Assembly: GCF_009914755.1 (NCBI RefSeq)
Contig: NC_060939.1
From: the human T2T-CHM13v2.0 reference genome, Homo sapiens
DNA: 64,000 bases
Strand: one strand, 5' to 3'
Shown here: in pieces, positions 45,400 to 58,838 of the stretch
Layout: every line of letters starts with the position of its first letter
Position numbering within the stretch: the first letter of the stretch is position 1
Program-made: the position numbers and the translations under genes
Notes under the pieces: generated by a model
Told to the model about the DNA's origin: nothing
The model's database searches: none
Seen by the model: the letters and a program-made list of their open reading frames with translations, nothing else

Positions 45400-45570
45400 C
45401 TGCACTGGCTAAGGACATCCTCCGGTACTTCTCCTTGTTTGGGGTGCCCTCGTTGGCCCCGGCGGTTGCTATGGCAAAGGCAGAGGCGGCCGACAAGGCA
45501 CTGCGGTTATTGTCCAGTTCACGACAGGAGGTCATGACGACTCCATTGTTATAGGAAAAGAGTGGGAACT
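45400..45570 (-). CDS. RASGRF1: RASGRF1 coding exon FPLFSYNNGVVMTSC...KYRRMSLASA (includes RRMS PKA-type site)
   Basis: 171 nt; CTCTGCAG| acceptor, G|GTATGT donor. Confidence 0.96.
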
Positions 45571-46883
45571 CTGCAGAGAGGAGGGAACCAACCCTCAGCT
45601 GTCCCCAGTCCCAACTCCTCAGGCTGTTAGAAAACCAGGGGTCCCGAGGCTAGAGCAGCCTTAAGAGCCAGCAGGCTGTGTCTTCAGGGTACCAGGGCAT
45701 GTCGGGTGGTGCTGGTGTGTGTGTGTGTCTCTCTCTGTGTTAGAAGCTCTGGGGAGAGTCACACCACAACACCCTCAGGGCTGTCCCAGGTTGGGGAGCA
45801 CACTCCTGCTTCTGAAAAAGGTCTCCAGTCACCCCATCCATCTTTCTGCAGCTCTCAACCCCTTCACCTCTCAGGTCCAGCAGGGCACAGGCCTGCCTGA
45901 GGGCAGCATCATGAGTTTTCTTACCCTCTCAGTCTACTTGGGATTAACACATAACCTGTCCAATGTCTGACATCCATAACAATTCATACTGATGGGCTCG
46001 TGGGCACAGTGGGATGGAGAGAGGATGGCTCTTGGAGTCCAGCCACCTGAGTTGAAATTCTCCCCTACCCCCTACTAGCTGTGTGACCTTGGGTAAGTCA
46101 TTTAACCCCTCTGGGTTTCAGTAGTCTCCTTTGAATAATAGGGATAAAGCTTCAAAAGGTGGATATAAAGATTAAAGGCAATAACATAGATGAAAGTACT
46201 TTGTGTTAGGTGAAAAGCTATATAAATGCCATGGAATATCATTGCTATTAGTAATAATAATAATAATCATAATTTTTAGTAGTAATGATAGGAGAAACCT
46301 ACTCTTGAAACCTTTGGTTTCATCTTGTCTCTGGAAAGCAATCCAGACTACTGAAGACAAAATAGCAGTATTTAATGCTGTGAGGCACATATGATTTATT
46401 TTAAGGACTCAAAGCTTATTTCTGAAATTTGGCTCTCCATGAGCTCTGTTTCTGTGTGTCTGAGCAGCTGTGGCAGGGCTGCAGTATGTCCAGGCAGTTT
46501 CTCTCTAAAGCTCGGTGACCCTGTTACCTATTGGGTTCCTTTTGAAAGCCTGGATAGTGGGGAGTTCAGGCTGCAGGCGGCCCTTTGCATGTGAGAGCAG
46601 GGACATTGGAGAAAGCTGTGTGGGGAGGGGCTGCCTGGGAGGTGGGTCCCCTGGGAGCTCTCTCTCACCATTGGGTATCTCACAGCCCCCTTGTATAGGG
46701 GAAAGGGCTTTATGAAAACCGGAGACCAAGACTGCTTCTCAAGGATCCTTCAGGATCAGGAGTCTGGGACTGCGGGTGAGCAATGTCACCGCCTCTTGGA
46801 GTCTTTCCCCTTATTTGAAACACCTAGCCTTTTTGCAAAGCTGTCAAGATGATGAAAGGGGTCTGTGCAGAGCCTGGCACTCA

Positions 46884-47041
46884 GTTCAGGAAGCACCTTC
46901 TGAACCAGGATCTTCCATGAATGAGCCCTAGATGCTGAGCCTCCCTGCCCACCTGTGCTGGGGTTCAGGAAGCACCTTCTGAATCAGGATCTTCCACGAA
47001 TGAGCCCTAGATGCTGAGCCTCCCTGCCCACCTGTGCTGGG
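46884..47041. repeat. 79-bp tandem duplication
   Basis: Two copies with 2 mismatches. Confidence 0.95.
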
Positions 47042-47318
47042 TGGGCTCAAGGCAGTCTTGTCTGAAGTTGGGAGAGTGACTTGGTTGAGTTGAAGAGCAG
47101 GATCTACCCAGCCAATGTTCCAGTGCCCACAGCCCCTTCCCTTGGGGTGGCGGGGGGCGGGTGGTGGTGGGTGGGTTATGAAATATCAGAAAAGTTACTG
47201 CTCTTAGGAGTCACTCATAAAGCATAAGGGATGACACCCACTTGCCTTGACTCGACTTGACCTACTGCCCTCTCCCAAACTGGAAATCTATTTGTGGTTT
47301 TGAATTGGTGCATTGTAC

Positions 47319-47444
47319 CTGAAGAATTTTTGTTTTTGACTGATTTGGGTGTTGTTGGAGATTTAGTTGGTGATGTTTCAGTATCACCATCATCACTCTG
47401 GTTTTGATCAATATCTGACTCCTCTCTCATGGAGACTTCTGAGC
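47319..47444 (-). CDS. RASGRF1: RASGRF1 coding exon SEVSMREESDIDQ...SPTKSPTTPKSVKNKNSS (PEST-like linker)
   Basis: 126 nt; TTTTCTCCCAG| acceptor, G|GTACAA donor. Confidence 0.95.
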
Positions 47445-47666
47445 CTGGGAGAAAAGAAATAAATAATTTTACTTTTCTTAATTTTAATTTTAAAATTTAA
47501 ATATTTGATTTTAAAATTTATGTCTATAATTTACTGAGGCAAAACAGAGTAAACTTGGGATACAGCCACTGAAGAAAGTTTAACAGCTTTGTTTCCCGCA
47601 GGACTCATCAGAACCTTTCTCTTGCTAATGAGCACTGTCGATCTCCAAGGTGGCTTTTGCTCCACC

Positions 47667-47815
47667 AGGGCTTCTCAAACCTTACCAGACACACCTGGGG
47701 ATCTTGTCAGAATGCAAATTCTGATTCAGGGGTCTCAGGCAGGGCCTGAGAGTCTGCATTTCTAACAGGTTCCAGGTGATGGCCATGTGGTTGGTCCACG
47801 GACCACACTTTGAGT
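47667..47815. mobile_element. MER5A-like hAT element
   Basis: gcaaattctgattcag...ggcctgagagtctgcatttctaaca...ggaccacactttgag. Confidence 0.75.
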
Positions 47816-49458
47816 TACACGATCTCTCTTTTTTTTTTTGGTGAAGCTTATTAGTTAAGGTGACCATCTGCTCCAGTTTTCCTCTGCTTTTAACCTATTG
47901 CCGCGTGCCCCTGGTCACTCTTAAAATGTCCTGTCTTGGATAATTAATTATAGAGGCTTCCTAATCTTGGGAGACTCCTGGTCCACACACCCTGGGGAGG
48001 CTGATGAATTATATTAAAAGCCTAGGTCTGGCACAGTGAGGTCTTGGTCAGAAACTCTTAACTGCTCTGGGCCTCAGTTTACCCACGTAGAAAGTGGATG
48101 TAGTTGCATCTGACCTTGAGAACACAAAGCCACAGGTCTTCTCTTTAGACAAGAATGTCCACAGGCACATGCACACGCACACACATTTATACATAACAAA
48201 TACACATACACACACATATACACACACACACAGTTTGGCACATAATTAGATTCATGGGCTCCTGGATCACCAGTCAAGAAGCCTGGTACCAGATGACTTC
48301 TCAGGACTGCCTTGCGTTACATTTCAGAATGTGAAATTATGAAATTTCTGGCAGGCCATTTCCTTGGTGACTGACTTTCAGCTGCATGCATCACCCATTA
48401 ACTGCATGTGCCACGGTGAGTGTTACTTGGTATGGAGCCTGGCGGAGGATTTATCTTGCCCCAGCTGTGCCCTCTGCTGGGGGTGCCCTCTGCCTTCCCT
48501 CTTGCCAGCTCAGAGGAGAGAAATCCTTCCCTCTTCAAAGGCCTCCTCCTCAAAGCCTGGGGCGTCTGACCAGCCCCTGGTTGCACGTGGGTGCGTGCGT
48601 GTGTGCACGTGCTCTCATGTGCTAACCGAGACAATGCTTGTGGCACCCAAGATGTGGCCTGTTCGGATCTAAATCAGAACCAGACCTGACACTTTTAGAA
48701 CAGTCAGGAGAAACCCTGAGAGTAGGGAGGCTCCAGCCTGTCCTGGAATCATCTCCAGCCTGTCTCACACTCAGCATTCCAGGTCTGCCTGGCGTCCAGC
48801 TGTCCCCGAAACACACAAGGCCTTTTCTTGCTCCTCAGTCATTCCCATCCTGTTCCCATGGTCTAGAATGTTCTCCTTTCCTCTTGGTAAAAATTGAGAT
48901 CGAACAGTTCTTCCGGGAAGCCTTCTATGACGCCCCTAATGGTGTTCCCACCCCAACCTCTGTGCCCCTGGAGCATCCTCCTGACACAAGCCATTCGTAT
49001 CAGGTGTCCACATTTCAGTGTCTGGTCTGGGTCCTCAGCCAGACTGAATCCCAGGGGGCAGGAGCTGCTGACGACCTCTTCTCTCCCGGGCCCTGAATGG
49101 GCCTGGCCCAGGCCCTGTCCTCTGCAGACATGGACAAACACAGGGATGCCGTAGGATGCTGTGGTCAGGGCAGAGGGATGCCTAAATTGCTCGTGATGGG
49201 AACTGACTCATCTAAAGTGTGGCGATGCCCTGGGAATTTCTGCCTGCCTCCCCCCGCAGCCTGGGCTCCCACATACGGCTACCTCTCTGCACCGCCCAGA
49301 CTCTGTGCTGCCTCCACTATCTGCCTGGTGGGACCCCCAAGCCTCTCCCTTCCTTCCCCATGGGAGCAGGAAGAGCAGCCCTGAGGCCTTGCTGGGCCAG
49401 GCTGAGCCTCAGTGGGGCTGGGAGGCTGGGGGGCAGCTCCGACGGCATGGCCACTCAC

Positions 49459-49832
49459 TCTGCTTGCTGAGCGCTGAAGGGTCTTCGGGCTTCTCAGGGG
49501 TCGTATCGCCCTCATCTGGAATCTTGTTGGTGAAGCTGCTGGACACATAGAGCTTGCTGGTGTCCAGCGTGGCCTTGCTGAAGGGTGACATGGCCGAGTA
49601 CATGCTGGTGTAGCCATTGGAGTTGCAGCTGAGGGCGGCCAGGTCCAGGGCCTTGCCGCCAGTGATGATGGGGATGTTCAGGGAGAGCTTCCGCCGGCGG
49701 CTCGGTGACGATGTCTTGGTGATGGACAGAGGTGGCGGCGAGGAGAACTTGCGGGTGGCGCGCGGGGACTTGGGGGGTTCACCGTACAGGAGCTTATTGT
49801 TCTGGCCACTGGCAAACAGGAGCTCCAGCGAC
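49459..49832 (-). CDS. RASGRF1: RASGRF1 coding exon SLELLFASGQNNK...RRRKLSLNIPIITGG...PSALSKQ
   Basis: 374 nt; CCCCACAG| acceptor, A|GTGAGT donor; CpG-rich. Confidence 0.96.
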
Positions 49833-51373
49833 CTGTGGGGAGGGCGGGGGTGAAAATGACAGTTAGCGTAGGCCTGCCTGCCCGCCTAGGCCTGGGGGCC
49901 GTCTCCGGTGGGGCTCGGAGTGGCAGCAACGGCTCCATCATTCTTAGGATCCCTGAAACCCATACTTGAGCTGATCCTCTGAGCAGGGACAATGCGATTA
50001 AATGGCCTGGGGCCAAGGGTCCTGCTCTGGATGGTTTGGGCAGAGGATCTGGGGCTTCTATGCTCCGCCCCCCCACCCCCTCAGGGCAGCAGCTGCAGCA
50101 TCTGACCTGAAGTGCTAAGGGTCCCCTGAGCTGCGGACTGTGCAAAACCCCCCTCCATCCCACACAGGGCCTGCTCCCGCCTACACTCTCTGGCCTCATC
50201 CTTAGAGAGGTCCTCAGGCATGTTTTGTGGAATGAGGAAGCTGAGGCTCAGAGACAGGAAATGACTCATCTGATGCCTCCTACTCTAAACGCAGGGTCCT
50301 TTCCACCTGCTTTGGGGCTTGAGCGGCCCTATATGCAAACTTAGGGGGATGGGAAGCTGAAAGTGGCCCCTACCATCCTCATGACAGGGTTCCACCTCAG
50401 GCCAGGCTGGAAACAGGTTATACATCCAGAACATTGCAAACCATAGCTTGTCTCATCGAGGCTGTCTGCTCCACGTTGCACACAGGATAGGATTGATCTT
50501 TTAACCCTCACTGTTGCCCCAGGACGTAGGCACTCTTATTCCTACAGGATAACTGCAGGAATGTCACAGGTAGGAAACTGAGTCTCAGAAAGGTTAAGGG
50601 ACTCAGCCAAGGCCATAGGGCTGAGAGCTGGCTCTGAACCAGCCTCTTTGTTCTGCAGGGCACTGCTGCTGGGAAAGGAAGGACACTGTCTGCTGGGCCC
50701 CTGGGAATGATCTCAGTGACTTTTAGGGGGTAAATCCATCCTGGATGGGATGTTTGCTTCTGTTTTCTCAGAGCCCTGGGAATCTGATCATTGAGGTTTC
50801 AGAAGTTCAGGGCAGAGAGGCAAGATGTACCCTGCCCCAGTGAGGCCTGAGGTGGGGGCAGGAGGAGGGAACAGAAGAGGGAACGGGTGTATTCTGGGTC
50901 GTTGCGTTGCTCTGGCAGCAGAGGTGTGGATTGGGGGAGGAATGGTGAGGTTCCTGGGGAGCCCTGGGGAGCCAGTGTGATTCAGGAGCTCTGCTCCAGG
51001 CAGCCCTAGAGCTGAGGCTCTGGCATAATGTCTTGCCTAGGGTGTTTTGGGGCAGGGCACTCAGAGAGCCTCTGAGCCTCTGAGGGCTGGGATGGGCTGT
51101 CCACAACTGGGATCTGGGTAGGTGGCCTCTCGGAAAAGATAATCACCTACCATTCCTGGATGCAGTGAAGTCCATTAGGGGCCTGAGCCAATCCCTGAAC
51201 TTGGCCTACTGCTGGACAGCCTTGGCCAAGTCCTTCATTGCCCCATGACTTTTGAGAAGCAAAGGCTAAGGTGGCCTGCACTCCTTATGTTGACTCACCC
51301 CAAGTAGGCCAAAAAGGGCTCCATCATTTCTTAGAGTAGGAGGTGGTCTAAGCAAAGCAGGGGTAAGAGTCCT

Positions 51374-51497
51374 TTCTCCCTCCCTCCCTCCCTCCCTCCC
51401 TCCCTTCCTTCCTTCCTCTCTCCCTTTATTTTTCTTTCTCCCTCTCCCTCTCTCCTTCTGTCCTCCTTCCCCTCCTCATTTCCTTTCTCTTTTTTCA
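51374..51497. repeat. Polypyrimidine/(CCCT)n tract
   Basis: ~120 bp nearly pure C/T on +. Confidence 0.9.
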
Positions 51498-51842
51498 CCA
51501 AAGGAAGCACTGTCCTTTGGTGACGGTGGGACCCTGTGCTTCCAGGAGCGGGGCTAAGAGGTGAGAGCACCCTCCACACCCCAGGATCCTGGCAGGTGGA
51601 GATGGAAGAAGCTGAGACTGAGCAGTAGCACCAGGCAGGTGAGCTGTCCCTGCCTCTCTGCAGAGGGAGGCTTGGTTCCTGGGGAGAGGGGGCAGTGGCG
51701 GTGTGTGTCCCGCAGCACCCCAACACGTTACTGCTGCTCCTCCAGGGACCTTCCAGGTCACCCCCCGGCCCCGTGCAAGCTCAGTTTTCCTCCAAGGCTT
51801 GGAAGCTCTCCGGGCATGGGAGGAGGAGGGCACCTCAGCCAC

Positions 51843-52091
51843 CTGGCAGGAATGGCACTGATAGGCTTCTTGTAGATGGTAATGAGCTTGTCCAGGACCA
51901 CGATGGCGGTGGTGAAGACGCGGTAGGAGTGCAGGAAGGTGTTGAGGAAGTCGATGCTCAGGAAGCGCAGGTCCGTCAGCCTCTCCAGCAGCCGCTCCAC
52001 ACTGGCGTAGCGGATCTGCAGCACTTTGCAGGAGTTCATGGTTTTGCTGAAGCGAATGTCAACATCATCACAATATAAGGAGGCGTCGGAC
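51843..52091 (-). CDS. RASGRF1: RASGRF1 coding exon, REM domain [14 protein letters not shown]...KKPISAIPA(R); an alternative donor extends it to 51834 (+WLR)
   Basis: 249 nt; CTCTCAG| acceptor; tandem donors AG|GTGGCT and AG|GTGCCC 9 nt apart; lies within ORF 51758..52180. Confidence 0.96.
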
Positions 52092-52370
52092 CTGAGAGGG
52101 GAGGAAGGATGCAGAGGTGATGTGGGTCTAAAGGCATCTGAATGGCACCCACCAGGCCTGCTCATCACTGCTTCCCCCACACACTGACAACACAGGATGG
52201 TCTTATTAAGAGAACAAGCTTGGGAAGGATGACACTGAAGGAGGGCTACAACTTCTTTTTCCCAATATCCTAAAAACTCTCCATTATAAAACCCCTAGAA
52301 ATACTGGAGAAGTATTACAAATTTAAAAACATTTGTTGTTGAGTTCACAAGACGTAAGGAACTCTGTTTA

Positions 52371-52677
<307 letters not shown>

Positions 52678-52960
52678 TATGTGTACATGAATGTTCTTAG
52701 CAGCATTATTTGTAATAGCCCCAAAGTGGAAACTACCCAGGTGTCCATCAGCTGATACATGGAAAAACAAAATGTGGTCTATTTGATCTGCTAGCAGCTG
52801 TCAAGATGTAAGGACAGGTGTCCAGTGCAGTTAGCCAGAACAAAGGGGCTAAGATGGGGTGAACTTGCAGGGGTCTTGTTTCAGCTGCTTGTGAACTTGA
52901 GGTCAGCAGCCTCTACAGGGCATAGTGGGAACCAGTGGCCCTGAAGGCTGCTGTACCACA

Positions 52961-52976
52961 CAGCGCCCTCTGGTGC
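52961..52976 (-). promoter_or_regulatory. Candidate CTCF site GCACCAGAGGGCGCTG
   Basis: Close match to the CCASYAGRKGGCRS core, outside recognisable repeats. Confidence 0.6.
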
Positions 52977-53202
52977 TTACGCCACTGGAATCGTCTTTTA
53001 TTGGTCATCCAATGGGAGCTATTAGGACTCTTGGGCAACTCTGGGTTTTCATTTTTTGGATGTTGTGAGTCTTTGTAATCATGTTTTACTTTTTGTTTTG
53101 ACTACCAAGAATCTTAGAATCAAATATAGTGCTCATTTCTTTTTATTTACTTCTTTATTTTTTGTTTGTCCTTATTACTTACATGCTGATGGCCGTATCT
53201 AG

Positions 53203-53794
53203 TTTTTTTTTTTTTTTTTTAATGAGATAAGGTCTCATTTGCTCAGGCTGGAGTACAGTGCGGTGGTGTGATCATGGCTCACTGCAGCCTTGCTCTCCTG
53301 GGCTCAAGTGATCCTCCTGCCTTACCCTCCCCAGTAGCTGGGATTACAGGTACATGCCACTATGCCTCGCTAATTTTTGTATTTTTTGGTAGAGACACGG
53401 TTTCACCATGTTGCCCAGGCTGGTCTCGAATTCCAGGGCTCAAGCAATCCTCCTGCCTTGGCCTCCCAAAGTGCTGGGATGACAGGTGTGAGCCACTGTG
53501 CCCAGACTATCTAGTTTTTCTTTTTTTTTTTTTCTGTTTTTTGAGATGGAGTCTTGCTCTGTCACCCAAGCTGGAGTGCCTCTGCCTCCACGATTCAAGT
53601 GATTCTCCTGCCTCAGCCTCCCGAGTAGCTGGGATTACAGGCATGCGCCACCACGCCCAGCTAATTTTTGTATTCTTAGTAGAGATGGGGTTTCACCATG
53701 TTGGCCAGGCTGGTCTCAAACTCTTGACCTCTTGATCCACCTGCCTTGGCCTCCCAGAGTGCTGGGATTACAGGCGTGAGCCACCGCACCTGGC
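53203..53794 (-). mobile_element. Two tandem Alus (53203-53506, 53515-53794)
   Basis: Dimers in reverse; the second has an internal ~30-bp deletion. Confidence 0.88.
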
Positions 53795-54417
53795 TCACCT
53801 GTTCTTTCGAGGGTATCTTCTACCTAGGAGTGCAGATAGTGCTCAGAGGAAGTGAGCAAATGGACATAGCATCCCTTTCACACTGTCTTTCTTAAATACT
53901 TTTCTTTGGAAGCATTCTTGGGATTTGAAATAAATAAACTTTATCGAGTGCCTTCAATGAGCAGGGCAGTGGGATTTCTTTTTAGGATGAGAACAATATG
54001 GGAAAAGCACAGGGCCCGTAAAGATACTGCAGTTCAAAAAGAGAGCATTCCAAAGAAACCGAGGAAATGCTGCCTTCTAAGTTAGCTTTGCTGCAAGACA
54101 CAAAACATTTTAGAAAACTCCTGATTTGGTTTCCACCAAGATTCAGGAAAGTATACACTGCATCTATGGGACCTTGAGAAGCAACCATGAAGAGGGAGTA
54201 ATCCAAGGTCAGAAGGATTTCCTGGACATGAAAAACAAGAGTGCTAAATTGAAGGCTGGGACGGATGCAGCAAATGGCAGATCGGACACTCAGAAAATCT
54301 GAGTGGTCTATTAAACACATTTGAGAAAGTCCCCTAGAACTCAGAGAAGGACAAAGAGGTTGAAATGACAGAAAATGGAAGCAACACAGAGTGGACAGAG
54401 AGGGGACCTCTCACTAC

Positions 54418-54938
54418 CGTGAGACAAAGTAGCAAACGAGAGAAGCCACGCCTGCTCATTTCTGCTTGCTGGCATGACTCCACAAGGCCCCTGACTCCGT
54501 GACGATGTGCAGCGCTCCGGAAAGATGCTTTGAGGACAAAGCAGGCCAGAGCACATGGCCTCCCAGGTCTCTTGCCTGAGTCTCTATTCTCCCTACAAGA
54601 TAAATGACCCTCGTCTTTGCCTTTCCCAAACATAATATGACGTCTGATAAGGTTAGTGATGACACCTCTGTCATCTCTAACCAGACGCACTCTCAGGCCC
54701 AAACCTTGATGTGATTCTGCTTCAGTGTCACTTCTCAGCAAGTCTGATGTGATTCTGCAGGTGCTGAACCCCCCACCTGCATTTAAGCAGTGGGCTGAAA
54801 CACTGTGCTGATATCTGATAGGACCTCACAGAAGGGTGGCTCCCGGGCTGCTGGCCTCCGTCTACAGTCCTCAGGAAGGCTTCTGAAGAAAACAAACCTG
54901 AATTCTTTAAAAGTTGATCATTTTTCCTTTAGTCAACA
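54418..54938 (+). mobile_element. Solo ERV1-class LTR (MER72-like; family uncertain)
   Basis: (t>c)gtgagacaaagtagc...tttagtcaaca; near TSD ctac/ctaa. Confidence 0.7.
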
Positions 54939-55371
54939 CTAAAAGTCTCAAAAGGAAGGTGAGAAACTGTGAAGAAGCAATAATAAAAGAAATACTGGGC
55001 TGGAGGAAGTGCCTGGGACAGCAACATCGAGTAAGGGCTACGTCCAGCCCTGGAGGCTGAAGGGGCTCAGTAACTGTCTCTCAAATGAAGCCAAGTCATT
55101 CCCACTGGGCTGCATGTTTCAGAGGGAGAGTACAGCTACTCCCATGTCACGGATCCCAAAGCATCCAGCCCAGACCTGGCATCCAAATAGGGATCATCTG
55201 ACCCCTCTGGCAAGGGTTTGCTTCTAGCACCTTCTCTGTGGGCTCCTGCCACCGGAAGGGGAAGAGAAAGTGAAGAAAAGCCCCTGCATTCTCTACTCCT
55301 TCCTTTTCCTTTCCTTTTCTGTTTTAAACCTCACAATCACTGTTGGTTCCAGTGCCTCTGGCAATTCCAAT

Positions 55372-55990
<619 letters not shown>

Positions 55991-57462
55991 CAATATTTCC
56001 AATATTCTGTAGAACTATCCTGCACTTCAGCTTCCCTGTCTGCAAAATGGGAGAGTGCATTAAAGTAGGCAGACTGGTAGCAGTGGCCCAGAGCTGTGCT
56101 TCCAGACTCAACACAAGAGAGTGCTGTGATCCATTAGCAATGTCTGCCAGGGGCTCTGGATGGGAGATGACTGGCTTGAGTGCCAGATACTTGCTATCCC
56201 TGCTAGAAAGTGTATTCAGTGCCTTACAATGTGAACATTTTCTCAGTGGAAATTCAGATTTGCTTCTCTCTGATCTTTCAACACTTCTTGATGAATGCTC
56301 CAAGTGGTATTCCTATCTCCCAGGCATCAATGACAGGCCTTGCCTGAAGGGTAAAGGACTTTCTCTTTCTTTTTTCCCAGGGAGAGTGCCCCCACCTTGA
56401 GTCTACCTGCTCTTGAGGCCACATGTTGGGGCAGGGCCTCAGCCCCAGGAGCCTGGCAGGTGGAAGGAGACTTTTCAGTTTTGGGTTGCTGGTGGCTGAC
56501 CTGAGACGCTGACCGCTACATCCATCCACAGAGCTGCTGCGGGAAGGCCTGGATGCATCATGTTAGGGGCTGGTGGGAGTACTCGGGACACGTGGGGCGT
56601 ATACCTTTGTCTTGCAAACCCAAAATCAGGATGCTCTTGACTCAGTCTGAGAGCAGGGAACTGTGCCAGAAACTCAGCACGTTTTGGGAGACATATGGAA
56701 GGAATACCCCCCACTTCCCACCTATCACCCCTGCACCTTTCTCCAGCTAGGCTATCCGCTCCCCACTCTCCCCATAAGAGTGGCTGGCAGTGGGGAGCCT
56801 GCCACTCCCCTGGGTTTGGCCCTATCACCTACAGAATAAAGCCCCACTCCTTGCCGGTCGCGTTACCGTGATCTGACCCTTGCCCACCGCCAGCCCCATC
56901 TTTCACTATGTCATGTGGATCGCTGTATTATTTAAGAAAGTCAAATTGGGCCATAAAAATAAGAGAATTAAATAAGGAAGACAGATGAAGCTAAGTACAG
57001 AAGATTTATACTAGACACAGTATACCAAGGAGAGCACCTACATGCTGAACATAGGAAGGGACAGAGGGACCAATGGCACTAAATAGCCAAATATTGATGC
57101 TATGCTTAATATTCATGAGGCATATGGAACATTCAATATTTATTAGGTCTTAAGTCAGCCACCCATTGGCAATGGCTATTCTGACCCTCTGTGTCCCCTG
57201 CCCAAGAAATGCAGAGAAAGGTGTAGCTGTTCTCCAGGTGAACTGACGGCTACAGCTGTGGCCAGGCACTCGTCCCTATACCAGAGAGAGGGCAATTCTG
57301 TGCCATTGGCCCAAGTGCTTTCCATTGCATGGGCTCCTTGGTTCAAACTTCACTCCATCAGCAGTGAAGGCTGATGTGGCAGGGAGAGAGGTGGCACAAA
57401 GAAACACTGTGTCAGCGGGATGCAGGCAGTGTGGTCCTCCCATCTGCACACACACTAGCCTA

Positions 57463-57718
<256 letters not shown>

Positions 57719-57809
57719 TTAACTTAGCCTATGAATCTGTTCCAAAGCCTCTAGAATAGTTTGTCTGGTAGTGTACCTGGAGACCACAATTGCATCAAGG
57801 TCATTGCCT

Positions 57810-58182
57810 GCATGACATCACTCTCCTCGACCCTGCACTCTCCCCAAACACCGTGCACTTTTTTGCCTCCGAACCTATGTTCATGCTGTTCCCTCTTCCC
57901 AGAATGCCCTTCCCCCTCAGTCGTCTAGCAAACTCCAACTGGTCCTTCGAGGCCAGCTCTAATGTCCCATTCCATAAGAAACCATCCTCAACTGTGCCAG
58001 GTAGATCTATCACTCATCTTCTGGACCTCGCCTGGATTACACAGATTCCATTTTACAGCATGCACTACACTGCTTTCTAATAATCTCTCTATGTCTCTCT
58101 CTCTCTCACTAAACGATGAATTTCCCGAGGACGGAGACCCCACCTGCTCATTTCTGCTTCCCTGGTCCCCTCCCTGGTCCTC
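57810..58182 (+). mobile_element. L2 3' end
   Basis: catgctgttccctcttcccagaatgcccttcccc, gcaaactcc...gccagctctaatgtc, cactaaacgatgaatttcccgaggac resemble the L2 terminal consensus. Confidence 0.65.
58144..58182 (-). CDS. RASGRF1: RASGRF1 alternative 39-nt cassette exon RTREGTREAEMS(R)
   Basis: CTTCACAG| acceptor, AG|GTGGGG donor; frame-preserving; the peptide matches the insert I recall in the long human isoform. Confidence 0.85.
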
Positions 58183-58347
58183 CTGTGAAGAAAACCAGGC
58201 TTTAGATTGGTAAGCAGATGGGTCCTTGAAGTTGTAAGTTTAATCTGGACATTCCATTCACTTTATCACCATCATTATTCAAAATTTTGTTATTTTTTTC
58301 TTTCATAGGTGATTTTAATTTTATTTTTGTTTCATCCGCACTCTCTC

Positions 58348-58602
58348 TTTTTTTTGAGACAGAGTTTCACTCTGTCACCCAGGCTGGAGTGCAGTGGTGA
58401 GGTCTCGGCTCACTGCAACCTCTGCCTCCTAGGCTCAAGTGATGCTCTCGCCTCAGCCTTCTGAGTAGCTGGGATTACAGGCGCATGCCACCAGGCCTGG
58501 CTAATTTTTGTATTTTTAGTAGAGACGAGGTTTCACCATGTTGGTCAGGCTGGTCTTGGACTCCTGACCTTAAGTGATCCACCCACCTCGGCCTCCCAAA
58601 GT
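58348..58602 (-). mobile_element. Alu, 5' truncated
   Basis: Ends at cctcccaaagt. Confidence 0.88.
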
Positions 58603-58647
58603 TCATCTGCTCCTTTTGCTGTCTCAATGGGCACCCTTTCCAGAGCA

Positions 58648-58713
58648 TGAGTGGGTACTCACTAAACATATAATGGTAATTGAGTGGGTACTCACTAAAC
58701 ATATAATGGTAAT
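58648..58713. repeat. Perfect 33-bp tandem duplication
   Basis: tgagtgggtactcactaaacatataatggtaat x2. Confidence 0.95.
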
Positions 58714-58838
58714 TCCAGCTGTGAGTTTTATTGGATTATTGAAACGGATCTAGGAAGTAGGTAGGTAGGTATTATCATGTCCCCCATTTACAACGTGAGA
58801 AACCCAAGCTCGGAAAGGTTAAGCGACTTGTCCATATT

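Noticed and set aside
51695-52078. Antisense ORFs over coding exons (also 18779-19189, 30644-30847)
   Set aside because: Shadow frames of GC3-rich RASGRF1 codons
54451-54467. 17-mer cctgctcatttctgctt shared with the cassette exon region (58143-58159)
   Set aside because: Each copy fits its own repeat context (LTR versus L2) and the match does not extend; likely coincidence
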